IMG/VR virus record: IMGVR_UViG_3300021964_000039
Coordinates: 16,019-80,018 of that record
Strand: one strand, 5' to 3'
DNA length: 64,000 nucleotides
From: a virus
The translations under genes were made by a program, and so were the position numbers. This document shows positions 1 to 9,384 of the stretch, in pieces. Below the pieces are notes generated by a model, which was not told the DNA's origin, ran no database searches, and saw nothing but the letters and a program-made list of their open reading frames with translations. Within the stretch, counting starts at the first letter, position 1. Each line of letters starts with the position of its first letter.

Positions 1-1
1 C

Positions 2-274
2 GGTATAGATGTCTTTAACAGTGTAGAGATGGTTAACCGTTGTTCTGTAAACATTGCCAATGAACTAATTAGAAATTACAGTGTAGATTATAACTGGCAA
101 AAGTACAAAGAGGTATACAAAACAGTTATTAATGAAAATAATTTGTTAGAAACAGATTGTATTATGTTTGGATTAGGCGGTAAAGAATATGCTGATTATA
201 ATAGAGGCGGTGATGTTAATAGAGTATGTGTGTCTGAATTAATAGGAGAAAAGATTAATGGCATTAGTAAGTAG
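2..274 (+). CDS. 3' part of a gene that begins upstream of the window; possibly a PLP-dependent transferase-like protein
   Basis: The frame is open from position 2 (GIDVFNSVEMVNR...) and overlaps the next start codon. The family guess rests only on the C-terminal YNRGG..NR motif and gene context. Confidence 0.4.
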   Translation, partial: GIDVFNSVEMVNRCSVNIANELIRNYSVDYNWQKYKEVYKTVINENNLLETDCIMFGLGGKEYADYNRGGDVNRVCVSELIGEKINGISK

Positions 275-1319
275 TCATAATGACTGGGATCCTTTAGAGG
301 AAATTTTTGTAGGAGTAGCGGATCACGCAAGAATTCCTACTATCGACGCAAGTACACATAGTTTTGGATTTGCAGACTTTTCTTATGATGATATTAAGGA
401 TTTAGAAGGACCAAGTCCGCAATGGGTTATAGATGAAGCAAATGAAGATTTAGATAACCTAGCAAATGAACTCCGTAAACTAGGTGTAATTGTAAGACGT
501 CCAGAAGCAATCGATCATTCAAAATCATTTAAATCCCCAGATTGGGAAACTACAGGTTGGTATACATATTGTCCAAGAGATTTATTATTACCTTTAGATA
601 ATTTAATCATTGATTGTCCGGGAGCAATGAGAGCAAGACAGTACGAAACACTTGCATATCGTGATTTCTTATACGATGTAGTAGATAACGGTGGAGAATG
701 GTTAAGTGCACCAAGACCTAGACTATTAGATAGTAGTTATCAACTAGATGATTTAAGTATTCCTACATTAACTAATGAAGAAATAGTTTTTGATGCTCCT
801 AATGTAGTTAGACTAGGTAAAGATTTAATTTATCAAGTTTCTAATTCAGGCAACTTGTGGGGATACAAATGGTTACGTAACTTGCTCGAACCACGTGGAT
901 ACCGTATCCACCTAGCAGAAAAATTTTATAGTTATTCACATTTTGATTCAACTGTAATTCCTCTACGTCCAGGACTGGTATTGTTTAATGGCGATCGATG
1001 TACTCCTGATTGGTATCCACCTATATTTAAAGATTGGGATAAGATCTTCGTGCCCGGAGATCAAGTGATTGATATAGGCACAAACTTAGAAAACGGTGTT
1101 AGTCCTTGTTCAAAATATATAGGTTTAAACATGCTTAGTGTTAATGAAGAACTTGTAATTATAGATGAAAATCAACAATATGTCAGAAAAGAATTAGAAA
1201 AACATGGAATTGAAACTATTGGATTGCCCATGCGTCAAGCAAGAACATTAAGCGGCGGATTTCATTGTGTTACATTAGATACAAAAAGAAAAGGACCCTG
1301 CGAGAATTATTTTGACTGA
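258..1319 (+). CDS. Amidinotransferase (glycine / inosamine-phosphate amidinotransferase, StrB1/AGAT family)
   Basis: N-terminal SHNDWDPLEEIFVG, CPRD, FDAPN (Asp), SHFDS (His) and C-terminal GGFHCVTLD (catalytic Cys). Confidence 0.9.
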   Translation: MALVSSHNDWDPLEEIFVGVADHARIPTIDASTHSFGFADFSYDDIKDLEGPSPQWVIDEANEDLDNLANELRKLGVIVRRPEAIDHSKSFKSPDWETTGWYTYCPRDLLLPLDNLIIDCPGAMRARQYETLAYRDFLYDVVDNGGEWLSAPRPRLLDSSYQLDDLSIPTLTNEEIVFDAPNVVRLGKDLIYQVSNSGNLWGYKWLRNLLEPRGYRIHLAEKFYSYSHFDSTVIPLRPGLVLFNGDRCTPDWYPPIFKDWDKIFVPGDQVIDIGTNLENGVSPCSKYIGLNMLSVNEELVIIDENQQYVRKELEKHGIETIGLPMRQARTLSGGFHCVTLDTKRKGPCENYFD

Positions 1320-2175
1320 TAGAGGCTATCATATACCTTATCTTGAATGGATGATCACAACTAGTTGTGATCTAGCCTGTCCAGGATGTGATAGATTTAT
1401 AGAATACGATCATAATTGGACTGAAAAATTACAAGACGTCAAACAGCGTATGGTTAAATGGTCAAAAAAGCTAGATCCAGATAATCTGACATTAATAGGC
1501 GGTGAGCCGTTAATACATCCTGATTTATATGATATTATTAAACATGCTGCAAAATGCTTTGACCACAGCACTATAGAAATATATACTAACGGACTTTTAC
1601 TACACAAAAAACCAAAATTATATAATACATTACGTAAGATTGGCAAAGCAAAGTTAAGTGTTACCTTACACAATAGGGATCCACAAATAAGAAAATGGAT
1701 TAATTATAACTTAGATAAACAATTTTTTCAAAAAGATAAATGGCGCAAAGTTGGAAAAAACTATTGGACTAGCGGAAATATTGAAATAGAAATAACCGAC
1801 CCCACCAAAGGCGGTTGGTATGAATACCGCAAGAAAGTTAATGGACAACTGAAGCCATGGAATGATAATAATATAGAAAGTAGCTATAGTAACTGTACAG
1901 CTAACATTTATCCTATCATTTATAATAATAAGTTGTACAAGTGCCCTCCTATAAGTATGTTACTAACACAAGCAAAAAAATATGGTTTGTTAAATGATAA
2001 AGATTGGGCACCTTATGTAAATTACACTCCATACAGTGTTGATGATAATTTAGAAGAATTTATTCAAAATATAAATTGTCCTCATGATATTTGCAATATG
2101 TGTCCTGCAAACCCTGTTCTTATAGAACAACCTGAGGCTGAAGTAAAGCATAATATGGAGAAATTAGTCATATGA
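1312..2175 (+). CDS. Radical SAM protein
   Basis: CDLACPGC (CxxxCxxC), GGEP, TNG, and C-terminal Cys residues (KCPP, CNMCP). Confidence 0.9.
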   Translation: MTDRGYHIPYLEWMITTSCDLACPGCDRFIEYDHNWTEKLQDVKQRMVKWSKKLDPDNLTLIGGEPLIHPDLYDIIKHAAKCFDHSTIEIYTNGLLLHKKPKLYNTLRKIGKAKLSVTLHNRDPQIRKWINYNLDKQFFQKDKWRKVGKNYWTSGNIEIEITDPTKGGWYEYRKKVNGQLKPWNDNNIESSYSNCTANIYPIIYNNKLYKCPPISMLLTQAKKYGLLNDKDWAPYVNYTPYSVDDNLEEFIQNINCPHDICNMCPANPVLIEQPEAEVKHNMEKLVI

Positions 2176-3344
2176 AAAAAATTCCTGTCTATGAGTTAAA
2201 CCAAGCTGGCAGAGTATTTTCATTACTCACAGAAAATTTTTCAAATGTTTTAAACTTTACATATGGACATAATAATTATGACACAAAAAAATCTCTATTG
2301 TTTATTGAATATGTTGGGTTAGACTTAGGTGTATTAGATACATTAAGAGAGCTTTCTCTAAACACAAAGAAAAAATTCTTCTTGGTTATTGACGATACAT
2401 ATGAAGGATTACTTTCAAAAGAAGTACTACAAAAACATTTAGAATATATAGAATCATTACACGAAGTAATAGACGAATTTATAATTTTATCAGCAAACAA
2501 AAGTATTTTTAATGAAATGGTAAATTTAGGTTATGAGAAAAACTTTATATACTTTAACACTCATTTATATCTTAGCAAGTACGATGGTATTGATATACAA
2601 AATTCTACTGTCAGTGAAAGTGATTTACTAAGAAAGAAAAAATTTCTTTGTTTGAATAGACAAGAAAGACTTCATAGGATACTAGTAGTAGACCATCTAT
2701 GTAAGACTAAGCAACAAAGGCATGGTTTTATTAGTTGTCCGTTGTCCGACTATGGACTTGCATTTGAAAAAAAATTAGATTCAAGTTACTCGGAAGTTTT
2801 ATTTTTTGATAAAGCATTATTAGATTACAAGTTCACTGATGAACAAAAAAATAGACTTAGTTCTATTTTACCTTTAGAATTAGACGTTCCAGATGAAATG
2901 CACAAAAGTTTGCGCAATGAAATGCCAGATACAAAAGCATATTTTGAAGAAAGTTATTTTAGTATAATCACTGAAGGTGATTTCTATACAGAAAACAAGC
3001 GCCAAATGTTCACAGAAAAAATTCTCAAAGCATTTATATATAAGCATCCTTTTGTAGTTGTAGGGTTGCCTGGCACATTATCATTGCTAAGAGAACATGG
3101 ATTTTTAACATTTCCGCAAATAATTGATGAGTCATATGATTCAATTGAAGACGATACAGAAAGATTAAATGCATGTTTAAGAGAGATTGACAAATTACTA
3201 TCTTTAAATATTCACGAACTGAAAGATTTATATGAAAGTATAAACCCTATATTAGAACATAATAGAAAACTAGTGCTACAATATAATGCAATGCCAGCCC
3301 CGTCTTTACTAGTTAATATTATTCAGCAGTGGTTTTATAATTAA
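2172..3344 (+). CDS. Conserved phage protein, possibly GT-B-like
   Basis: FLCLNR..R.HR, YFSIITE, TEKILK, HPF and SYD motifs; starts overlap with the upstream gene. Confidence 0.55.
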   Translation: MKKIPVYELNQAGRVFSLLTENFSNVLNFTYGHNNYDTKKSLLFIEYVGLDLGVLDTLRELSLNTKKKFFLVIDDTYEGLLSKEVLQKHLEYIESLHEVIDEFIILSANKSIFNEMVNLGYEKNFIYFNTHLYLSKYDGIDIQNSTVSESDLLRKKKFLCLNRQERLHRILVVDHLCKTKQQRHGFISCPLSDYGLAFEKKLDSSYSEVLFFDKALLDYKFTDEQKNRLSSILPLELDVPDEMHKSLRNEMPDTKAYFEESYFSIITEGDFYTENKRQMFTEKILKAFIYKHPFVVVGLPGTLSLLREHGFLTFPQIIDESYDSIEDDTERLNACLREIDKLLSLNIHELKDLYESINPILEHNRKLVLQYNAMPAPSLLVNIIQQWFYN

Positions 3345-4263
3345 GATGATTGACTATAAATTCTTTATTAGGTATATCAATTATTTCTAGTTCAGCTAAC
3401 ATAGCCTGTTTTTCTTCATCTTCTAAGTTTACAATATCTAATTCTCTTGGGTAAGTTAGGCAATTAATATACCATTCAAAATCATTATCTACAACCCAAG
3501 AATGCAAGTCGCCTAGCATGAAATAGTTGTTACGATGTAATACTGTATTAATTTGTAATTGATATTTTTGTGCTGTAGTCCATTCGACAAAATCTAATAT
3601 TTTATCCCAATTTGCACCTTCACGGACTAAAGAATTATTAGTGCCATATCCGTCGATACTAAGAATAAATTTTACACTTTTGAATTGATCAAATATTTTT
3701 GTATCTTCAGGAATAAACATTCCATTTGTGTTATATATCAATTCAACTAAATTTTTTTCTTCTACTGTATTAATTACATTTAAATGTCTATTTGTTATTA
3801 ATGGCTCCCCACCTAGAAATAATATTTTATTAACAGAGTTAGGCACATCAAAATCTTTAGTTTCTATTAGTTTGTATTTTGACTGACCAAAAATTTCTTC
3901 TTCTTTTTTAATCCAACTTGTACTAAATTCACTATTACATCCGTCACATGCTAAATTACACAAATTATCTAATCCAATTTCTAAGTACTTTAAACTTATC
4001 TCATTTGTATTATATTTTTCATTAAATTCTTGTCTTAGACTTTTATGTCCAATACTTTCTTCATAGTAACATTTTTCACATTCAGCAATGTATTCGTTGT
4101 TTTGATTTTTTTCTCGTAACTTTTCATATGCATCATTTAATAACACGTTATCTAAATTTCCATCAAATATGCCAATAGGCTCCTTAAACCTACAGCAAGG
4201 ATAAATTCTGTCTCCTGGCCTAATGTTTGTATGTTGCCAAAAAGCACTACATAGATGAGTCAT
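3319..4263 (-). CDS. Radical SAM protein with N-terminal twitch/SPASM-like domain
   Basis: CNLACDGC, GGEP, YNTNG, SIDG; N-terminal C..PCC..CxxC. Confidence 0.9.
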   Translation of the reverse strand: MTHLCSAFWQHTNIRPGDRIYPCCRFKEPIGIFDGNLDNVLLNDAYEKLREKNQNNEYIAECEKCYYEESIGHKSLRQEFNEKYNTNEISLKYLEIGLDNLCNLACDGCNSEFSTSWIKKEEEIFGQSKYKLIETKDFDVPNSVNKILFLGGEPLITNRHLNVINTVEEKNLVELIYNTNGMFIPEDTKIFDQFKSVKFILSIDGYGTNNSLVREGANWDKILDFVEWTTAQKYQLQINTVLHRNNYFMLGDLHSWVVDNDFEWYINCLTYPRELDIVNLEDEEKQAMLAELEIIDIPNKEFIVNHLNYKTTAE

Positions 4264-5152
4264 AAGGCACTCCGTGTTTTTTAAATAATTTTAATATTTC
4301 TTTCTCTAATAATTTTTCTTTTTCGTGATATGTAATGATATTAGTATTTGCTAGTAATGCTCGTTTGTAACTTTCTGTAAACATGGCAGGCGGCATATTT
4401 TCTTTTATATTTCTATAAGGATCAAAAATACTTGTTGTTTTTGAAATATTGTCATCTATATGTTCAACACCTAAATTAACCAAGCATGGTATCTGTAAAT
4501 CATTAGCATGTTGGTACACAATATCATAATTACAAATTACAGCGTCACAACAACTAACAATATAACCTAAATCATTAGATTTATAATCATTATTGGGTAA
4601 TAAATTTATATAGTTTACCTTGTCTGATAGAAATGTTTCTATGTGTTTAGCTGCTGTAGGTGAAAAACTGCGTAATTTTTTATCATACCACATATCTTCG
4701 GTTACTATAAATTCTTCTTGCCAATTATCACTTAAATAATATGGTGCAACCAGTACATTACTGAAATTGTTTTTGTTTTGGTCTTGGATATATTTTTCTA
4801 TTTGTAATTTTGTGTCTATAGTAGGCATATATGTTACAGGTGTTATGTATTGTTTTTTTCCTAATATGGTATAGCTAAGCCAGGCGTCTAAGCTAGGTTT
4901 GTTTTGTAGACATTCATACTGTGATTTATAATCTATAGTTGTTACTTCATTTGGAACAATTATATCTTCATAAACACGCTTATCTTCCATGGTCCAAAAT
5001 TTGTTACCTAATAGTGGGTTATTAAGGAATATACTATATTCTTGATCAAATATTACTGCAAAATCTTCACTATTTTCTGTATATTTTGCAAATATTTTTG
5101 CTGATATATAAGCAATAACATGATTACTATTTGTAAATAGAAACACTTTCAT
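4247..5152 (-). CDS. Hypothetical protein with a degenerate GT9 (heptosyltransferase)-like C-terminal motif
   Basis: CDAVICNYDIVYQHANDLQIPCLVNLG has the same spacing as the GT9 consensus ADLVIGNDSGPMHLAAALGVPTVALFG. Confidence 0.4.
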   Translation of the reverse strand: MKVFLFTNSNHVIAYISAKIFAKYTENSEDFAVIFDQEYSIFLNNPLLGNKFWTMEDKRVYEDIIVPNEVTTIDYKSQYECLQNKPSLDAWLSYTILGKKQYITPVTYMPTIDTKLQIEKYIQDQNKNNFSNVLVAPYYLSDNWQEEFIVTEDMWYDKKLRSFSPTAAKHIETFLSDKVNYINLLPNNDYKSNDLGYIVSCCDAVICNYDIVYQHANDLQIPCLVNLGVEHIDDNISKTTSIFDPYRNIKENMPPAMFTESYKRALLANTNIITYHEKEKLLEKEILKLFKKHGVPYDSSM

Positions 5153-5757
5153 ATGCCTGTAACTCCAACACTGAATCTGATTACTACTTTAGGTTCATCT
5201 GATAAATTTACAGTGAAGTGATTTCTCAAAAATCCTGGAAATATATAGACGGCAGATTCAGGAGTGTTATACATTTGGAAGTGTGAATTATATTTGTTTT
5301 CGGGTTTATTTTGTAAGTTTGAAAAATATTTGTTATCAACCACATGCTCAAAATTTATAAACCCAGAATTAGGAGCACTATGAACAAAATAATATCCCTG
5401 CCAAGTTGCATCACCGATATACGATTGTGTCAAACATCCAGGAGGAATAATTAGAAAATCCATATTAGTAAACGAAATATTATATCTTGTGTTTAAGTTT
5501 GTCCTATCATTAACTGCTTTAGACCAATCACTAATTTGCGGAGATTCGCAGAATTCTGCAAATGCAATATTATTTTGTAAATTATCAATAGATTGATATA
5601 CGTCAACACTGTGAATAGTATTGAAGTTTGCATGTTTTTGTGAAACGTCTTCTATCACACGGGAAATTTTAGGTTTAAACTGATTGTGCTCCAAAAACTG
5701 AAACACGTCTAAACTTATATCAAAAAGACTAATATTTTGTAAACCAGATTCATTCAT
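5149..5757 (-). CDS. Phage 2OG-Fe(II) oxygenase-like (TIGR02466-type) protein with degenerate metal ligands
   Basis: GYYFV..P.NSG.INF, IFPGFL.., N.S.EPKVVIRF; the expected HxH/HxD is absent. Confidence 0.55.
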   Translation of the reverse strand: MNESGLQNISLFDISLDVFQFLEHNQFKPKISRVIEDVSQKHANFNTIHSVDVYQSIDNLQNNIAFAEFCESPQISDWSKAVNDRTNLNTRYNISFTNMDFLIIPPGCLTQSYIGDATWQGYYFVHSAPNSGFINFEHVVDNKYFSNLQNKPENKYNSHFQMYNTPESAVYIFPGFLRNHFTVNLSDEPKVVIRFSVGVTGI

Positions 5758-5762
5758 AATTT

Positions 5763-5791
5763 AATGTAACATATTTAAATAGAAATGTCAA
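5763..5791 (-). promoter_or_regulatory. Sigma70-type promoter for the 5757 gene
   Basis: Minus strand TTGACA-17nt-TACATT, 5 nt before the ATG. Confidence 0.5.
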
Positions 5792-6684
5792 GAAAGATGT
5801 CATTTATGAATAGATTATTTACATTTGGATGTAGTCATACAAGATACAATTGGCATACTTACGCAGATTTTGTAGCTTTACGATATCCTATATTTCAAAA
5901 TTGGGGATTCCCAGGACTAGGCAATAGAGCTATAGCAGAAAGATTAGCAGAAGCAGTTGTATCACAGAGTATAAATGAAAACGACACAGTGATTGTTCAG
6001 TGGAGCAGTCATTTACGTAATGATTATGCTAAGACTGATGTTAAGAATGAACACGGAAATATGTGGTGGACAAAAGGACCTGTTTTTGCAGAACATAACA
6101 TCAAAAAATATGGCAAGAAATGGTTTAACGAATTTTGGGACGAAAAAGCATATCTTATTCATAGCCTCAACAATATAGTTTTAGCAATAAACACTTTAGA
6201 AAATATAGGATGTAAATGGTTAATGACAATGGGTCCAGATCTAAGTACTGTTCAAACATCAGGAGAGGATTGGAATACTGGCTCTGGAACTATTGATAAA
6301 TTTCCAGCAGATTTGATACACTACAAAAAATACATTTGGGAAACTTACAAACACAAATGGCTGCCGCCTATTATGCAAAAGAAAAAAGAATGGCCAGATT
6401 ATGATATGTGGTTTAAGTATGAAGGCAATGACAGCGGAAACACCGAAATATTTGAAATTAAGGGCGATAAATTTAAGGATCATCACATGAGTCCTGAACA
6501 ATCATATATGTATGCAGAAATAGTCATAGAAAAATTAGGCTTAGAATTGGAATTAACAGAAACTGATATAGAAATAATTAATTTTTACTTGGCAGCAAAT
6601 AAACAATATCCTGGTTGGGTAGATTTTATTGAATTTATACTTTCGACGCCATGGGCCTTAACACAAGCACAACACGGGATTTGA
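5785..6684 (+). CDS. SGNH/GDSL-like phage protein (true start may be 5806)
   Basis: FTFGCSHT, G.GN..I, VQWS...R.D and DHHMSP motifs. Confidence 0.55.
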   Translation: MSRKMSFMNRLFTFGCSHTRYNWHTYADFVALRYPIFQNWGFPGLGNRAIAERLAEAVVSQSINENDTVIVQWSSHLRNDYAKTDVKNEHGNMWWTKGPVFAEHNIKKYGKKWFNEFWDEKAYLIHSLNNIVLAINTLENIGCKWLMTMGPDLSTVQTSGEDWNTGSGTIDKFPADLIHYKKYIWETYKHKWLPPIMQKKKEWPDYDMWFKYEGNDSGNTEIFEIKGDKFKDHHMSPEQSYMYAEIVIEKLGLELELTETDIEIINFYLAANKQYPGWVDFIEFILSTPWALTQAQHGI

Positions 6685-6685
6685 C

Positions 6686-7246
6686 ATGAGTATACCTTTA
6701 ATTGGATTAGATAGAGACGGAACAATAAACATAGACAAAGGATATATTAAAGATCCTGCAGATTTTGAACCTATTCCAGGTAGTTTAGAAGCGATAAAGT
6801 TAATACGAGAAAAGGGTTACGATGTAGTAATACTGTCTAATCAAGCTGGGATAATGAAAAAAATTATGACAGAGATTGATGTAGATAGAGTAAACTATCG
6901 TATGTTAGAGATGTTAGGCCAAATAGGATGCCCTAACATCAATGGTTTATACTATAGTATGACTAATCTTAAAGAAGATATATATGCAAAACCTAATATA
7001 GGCATGTTTCAAAGAGCTGAAAAAGAAATTGGCGTAGATTGGAAGAACAGTTACTTTGTAGGAGACAAAATTAGTGATCTTAAAGCCGCAGTGAAGGCAA
7101 AATCAAAACCTATATTAGTCAAAACAGGACATGGGGAAGAAACCTTTACTAGACTAAACACATTTAGCCAAAAGGACCTGAAAAAAATTACACTAATTTA
7201 TGACAACCTACTTGCGTTCGCGGAAACATTACCCGTTGTAGAATAA
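6686..7246 (+). CDS. gmhB: D-glycero-D-manno-heptose 1,7-bisphosphate phosphatase (HAD IIIA)
   Basis: LDRDGTIN, SNQAGI, KPN.GM, VGDK.SD, LV.TG.G. Confidence 0.85.
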   Translation: MSIPLIGLDRDGTINIDKGYIKDPADFEPIPGSLEAIKLIREKGYDVVILSNQAGIMKKIMTEIDVDRVNYRMLEMLGQIGCPNINGLYYSMTNLKEDIYAKPNIGMFQRAEKEIGVDWKNSYFVGDKISDLKAAVKAKSKPILVKTGHGEETFTRLNTFSQKDLKKITLIYDNLLAFAETLPVVE

Positions 7247-7249
7247 ATA
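7244..7249 (+). promoter_or_regulatory. T4-type late promoter core TAAATA
   Basis: Lies just before the structural gene block; the same hexamer precedes most structural genes in this window. Confidence 0.6.
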
Positions 7250-7267
7250 CTATAACAAGGGTGAAGT

Positions 7268-7744
7268 ATGATACAACAACTAAGAAAAGGTTTAGATAGT
7301 ACAGTAGAATTTAACCGCACTAAAGGTTTCGCTACTGACCAAAAGTACCAAAAAATTTACGGCGAAACAAACATTGACGAATTTTTCTTAGGAGATTTTG
7401 CTTCAGCATTCTATACGATAAATGTACAACTTGATAGCGATCGGAAAGAAGTATTCCAAATGATTGTAACTGCAAGACCTCTTAAAGTAACTGTAAGTGG
7501 GTATGGCAGAGTAAGTACTGTAACAAAATTAGTTGACATTGGTGCTACTGCTGATATAAGCAAATGTTATATTACAGCAACACCAATAAGCACCGGCTTT
7601 GATGGTTGTAAGGTAGTATTGACTGCTAGATATTTTAATTGTATAGACCCATTACAACCACCTCCACCTGATGTAAAGACATTCGATAGTGATTTTGGAA
7701 GATTTGATACTACTAAAGTTACATTTGATGCAGAGGATATTTAA
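7268..7744 (+). CDS. Putative virion structural/adaptor protein, paralogue A1
   Basis: Similar along its length to 8899..9384 (GLD.T, KGF, GDFASA.Y). Confidence 0.6.
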   Translation: MIQQLRKGLDSTVEFNRTKGFATDQKYQKIYGETNIDEFFLGDFASAFYTINVQLDSDRKEVFQMIVTARPLKVTVSGYGRVSTVTKLVDIGATADISKCYITATPISTGFDGCKVVLTARYFNCIDPLQPPPPDVKTFDSDFGRFDTTKVTFDAEDI

Positions 7745-8899
7745 ATGGCAAAAGAAATTATAAATGAGGGAACAGTTGCTAATGACGGTACAGGCGATGC
7801 TTTAAGAGTAGGTGCAGTAAAGATCAATGCTAATTTTTCAGAGATTTACAATGCTATAGGAAATGGCAATACAGTTACTAGTGTAACTAACGCAAATGGT
7901 GAATTAGATTTACCATATAATGCTAACCAAGTTCATAAAGTTTCATTTAATGTTCCAGATCTTTCAACACTGAACACTATAGATCCAGCAACTTATCAAG
8001 GTGCAATTATATCAGTTACAAATAAAGGACAATTATTTGTTGCTCACCAAAACGCTTGGCGAGGTGTACTAATGGATGCCAGTCAATCGGCCATTCCCAA
8101 TTACACTGATCCTCTAAGCACAGTAGCATATAGTGGAGACTATGGTGATTTGCAAAATACTCCTAGCTTTGCAAATGTTCCTGTTGTGATAGATGACTTA
8201 CAAGATGTCGATACTACAAGTATTACACCTGCTACAGGAACTGTGCTTAAATGGAACGGCGCACAATGGGTACCAGGAGCTGATATTACAGCAGGAGGTA
8301 CAGGAGTAGATAGTGATACTTTAGACGGACAAGACGGAAGTTATTATCTAAACTACAATAACTTTTTCAACAAACCAACTTTAACACTTGCAGGCATACT
8401 TGCAAACGGCAATAGTGCTGATAGAGGTATTTTTCCAAACGCTAACAACCAATACAAACTAGGCGATGTAAACTTAGTATGGTCAGAGGTACATGCAACT
8501 ATATTTGAAGGAACTGCAACTTCAGCAGAATATGCTGACTTAGCTGAAATATATGAGCCTGATCAGGAATATCCAGCTGGCACTGTTGTATGCCTTGGTG
8601 GTGAAAAAGAAATTACAAAAAGTAATAGTGTTGCAAGCACAAAAGTTTTAGGAGTTATTTCCACTTTACCAGCATATTTAATGAACAAAAATGCAAAAGG
8701 CTTACCAGTTGCTTTGCAAGGAAGAGTCCCTTGTAAAGTACAAGGACCTGTTAGTAAAGGGGATATGCTAGTTAGTGGATTAGACGGTGTTGCTATTCCT
8801 ACAGCAGAATTTGTAGGTGGAGCTATGATAGGAAAAAGTTTAGAAGATCATAATGAAGATTCAATAGCTACTATAGAAATTGTAGTTGGAGTACGATAA
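7745..8899 (+). CDS. Tail fibre/baseplate-associated protein with C-terminal intramolecular-chaperone (peptidase G2-like) domain, paralogue B1
   Basis: N-terminal gp9/gp10-like AK..IN.GTVANDGTGD.LR....KIN.NF.EIY; C-terminal YADLAE..GVIST.PAYLMN..VALQGRVPCKV..KGD.LV. Confidence 0.75.
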   Translation: MAKEIINEGTVANDGTGDALRVGAVKINANFSEIYNAIGNGNTVTSVTNANGELDLPYNANQVHKVSFNVPDLSTLNTIDPATYQGAIISVTNKGQLFVAHQNAWRGVLMDASQSAIPNYTDPLSTVAYSGDYGDLQNTPSFANVPVVIDDLQDVDTTSITPATGTVLKWNGAQWVPGADITAGGTGVDSDTLDGQDGSYYLNYNNFFNKPTLTLAGILANGNSADRGIFPNANNQYKLGDVNLVWSEVHATIFEGTATSAEYADLAEIYEPDQEYPAGTVVCLGGEKEITKSNSVASTKVLGVISTLPAYLMNKNAKGLPVALQGRVPCKVQGPVSKGDMLVSGLDGVAIPTAEFVGGAMIGKSLEDHNEDSIATIEIVVGVR

Positions 8900-9384
8900 T
8901 GCCAGCTAAGTTTCGCACAGGATTAGATAATACTATACAATTAAATGATAGCAAAGGTTTTTCATTTGTAGGACCGTGGACTAAAGTTTATAGTAACACT
9001 GTAATGGATAGATTTTATGTAGGAGACTTTGCTAGTGCTACATATTTTGTTTCTGTCCAATTTGACAGCAATGAAAAAGAAGCTATGCAAGTAAATGTAG
9101 TAGCAAGTCCAAATCAAGCTGCACTCAATATTGTTGGCAGGACTGGAATAGATGCTGCAAAACTTGTTGATATTTCCGCAGTTATAAATGAAAGTTATTG
9201 TGAAGTTATATTAAATCCACAACCTGATTATGAAGGAAGTAAAGTTTTATTTTCTGCAATATATTCAGGTACTATAGATAGTTTGACACCACCAACAGCA
9301 ACAAGTGGTAGCGGGATAAATACTATTGATAATAGTACTGCAACTATTGATAATTCTAACGTGACGATTGACAGGACATCATAA
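8899..9384 (+). CDS. Putative virion structural/adaptor protein, paralogue A2
   Basis: Paralogue of 7268..7744. Confidence 0.6.
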   Translation: MPAKFRTGLDNTIQLNDSKGFSFVGPWTKVYSNTVMDRFYVGDFASATYFVSVQFDSNEKEAMQVNVVASPNQAALNIVGRTGIDAAKLVDISAVINESYCEVILNPQPDYEGSKVLFSAIYSGTIDSLTPPTATSGSGINTIDNSTATIDNSNVTIDRTS

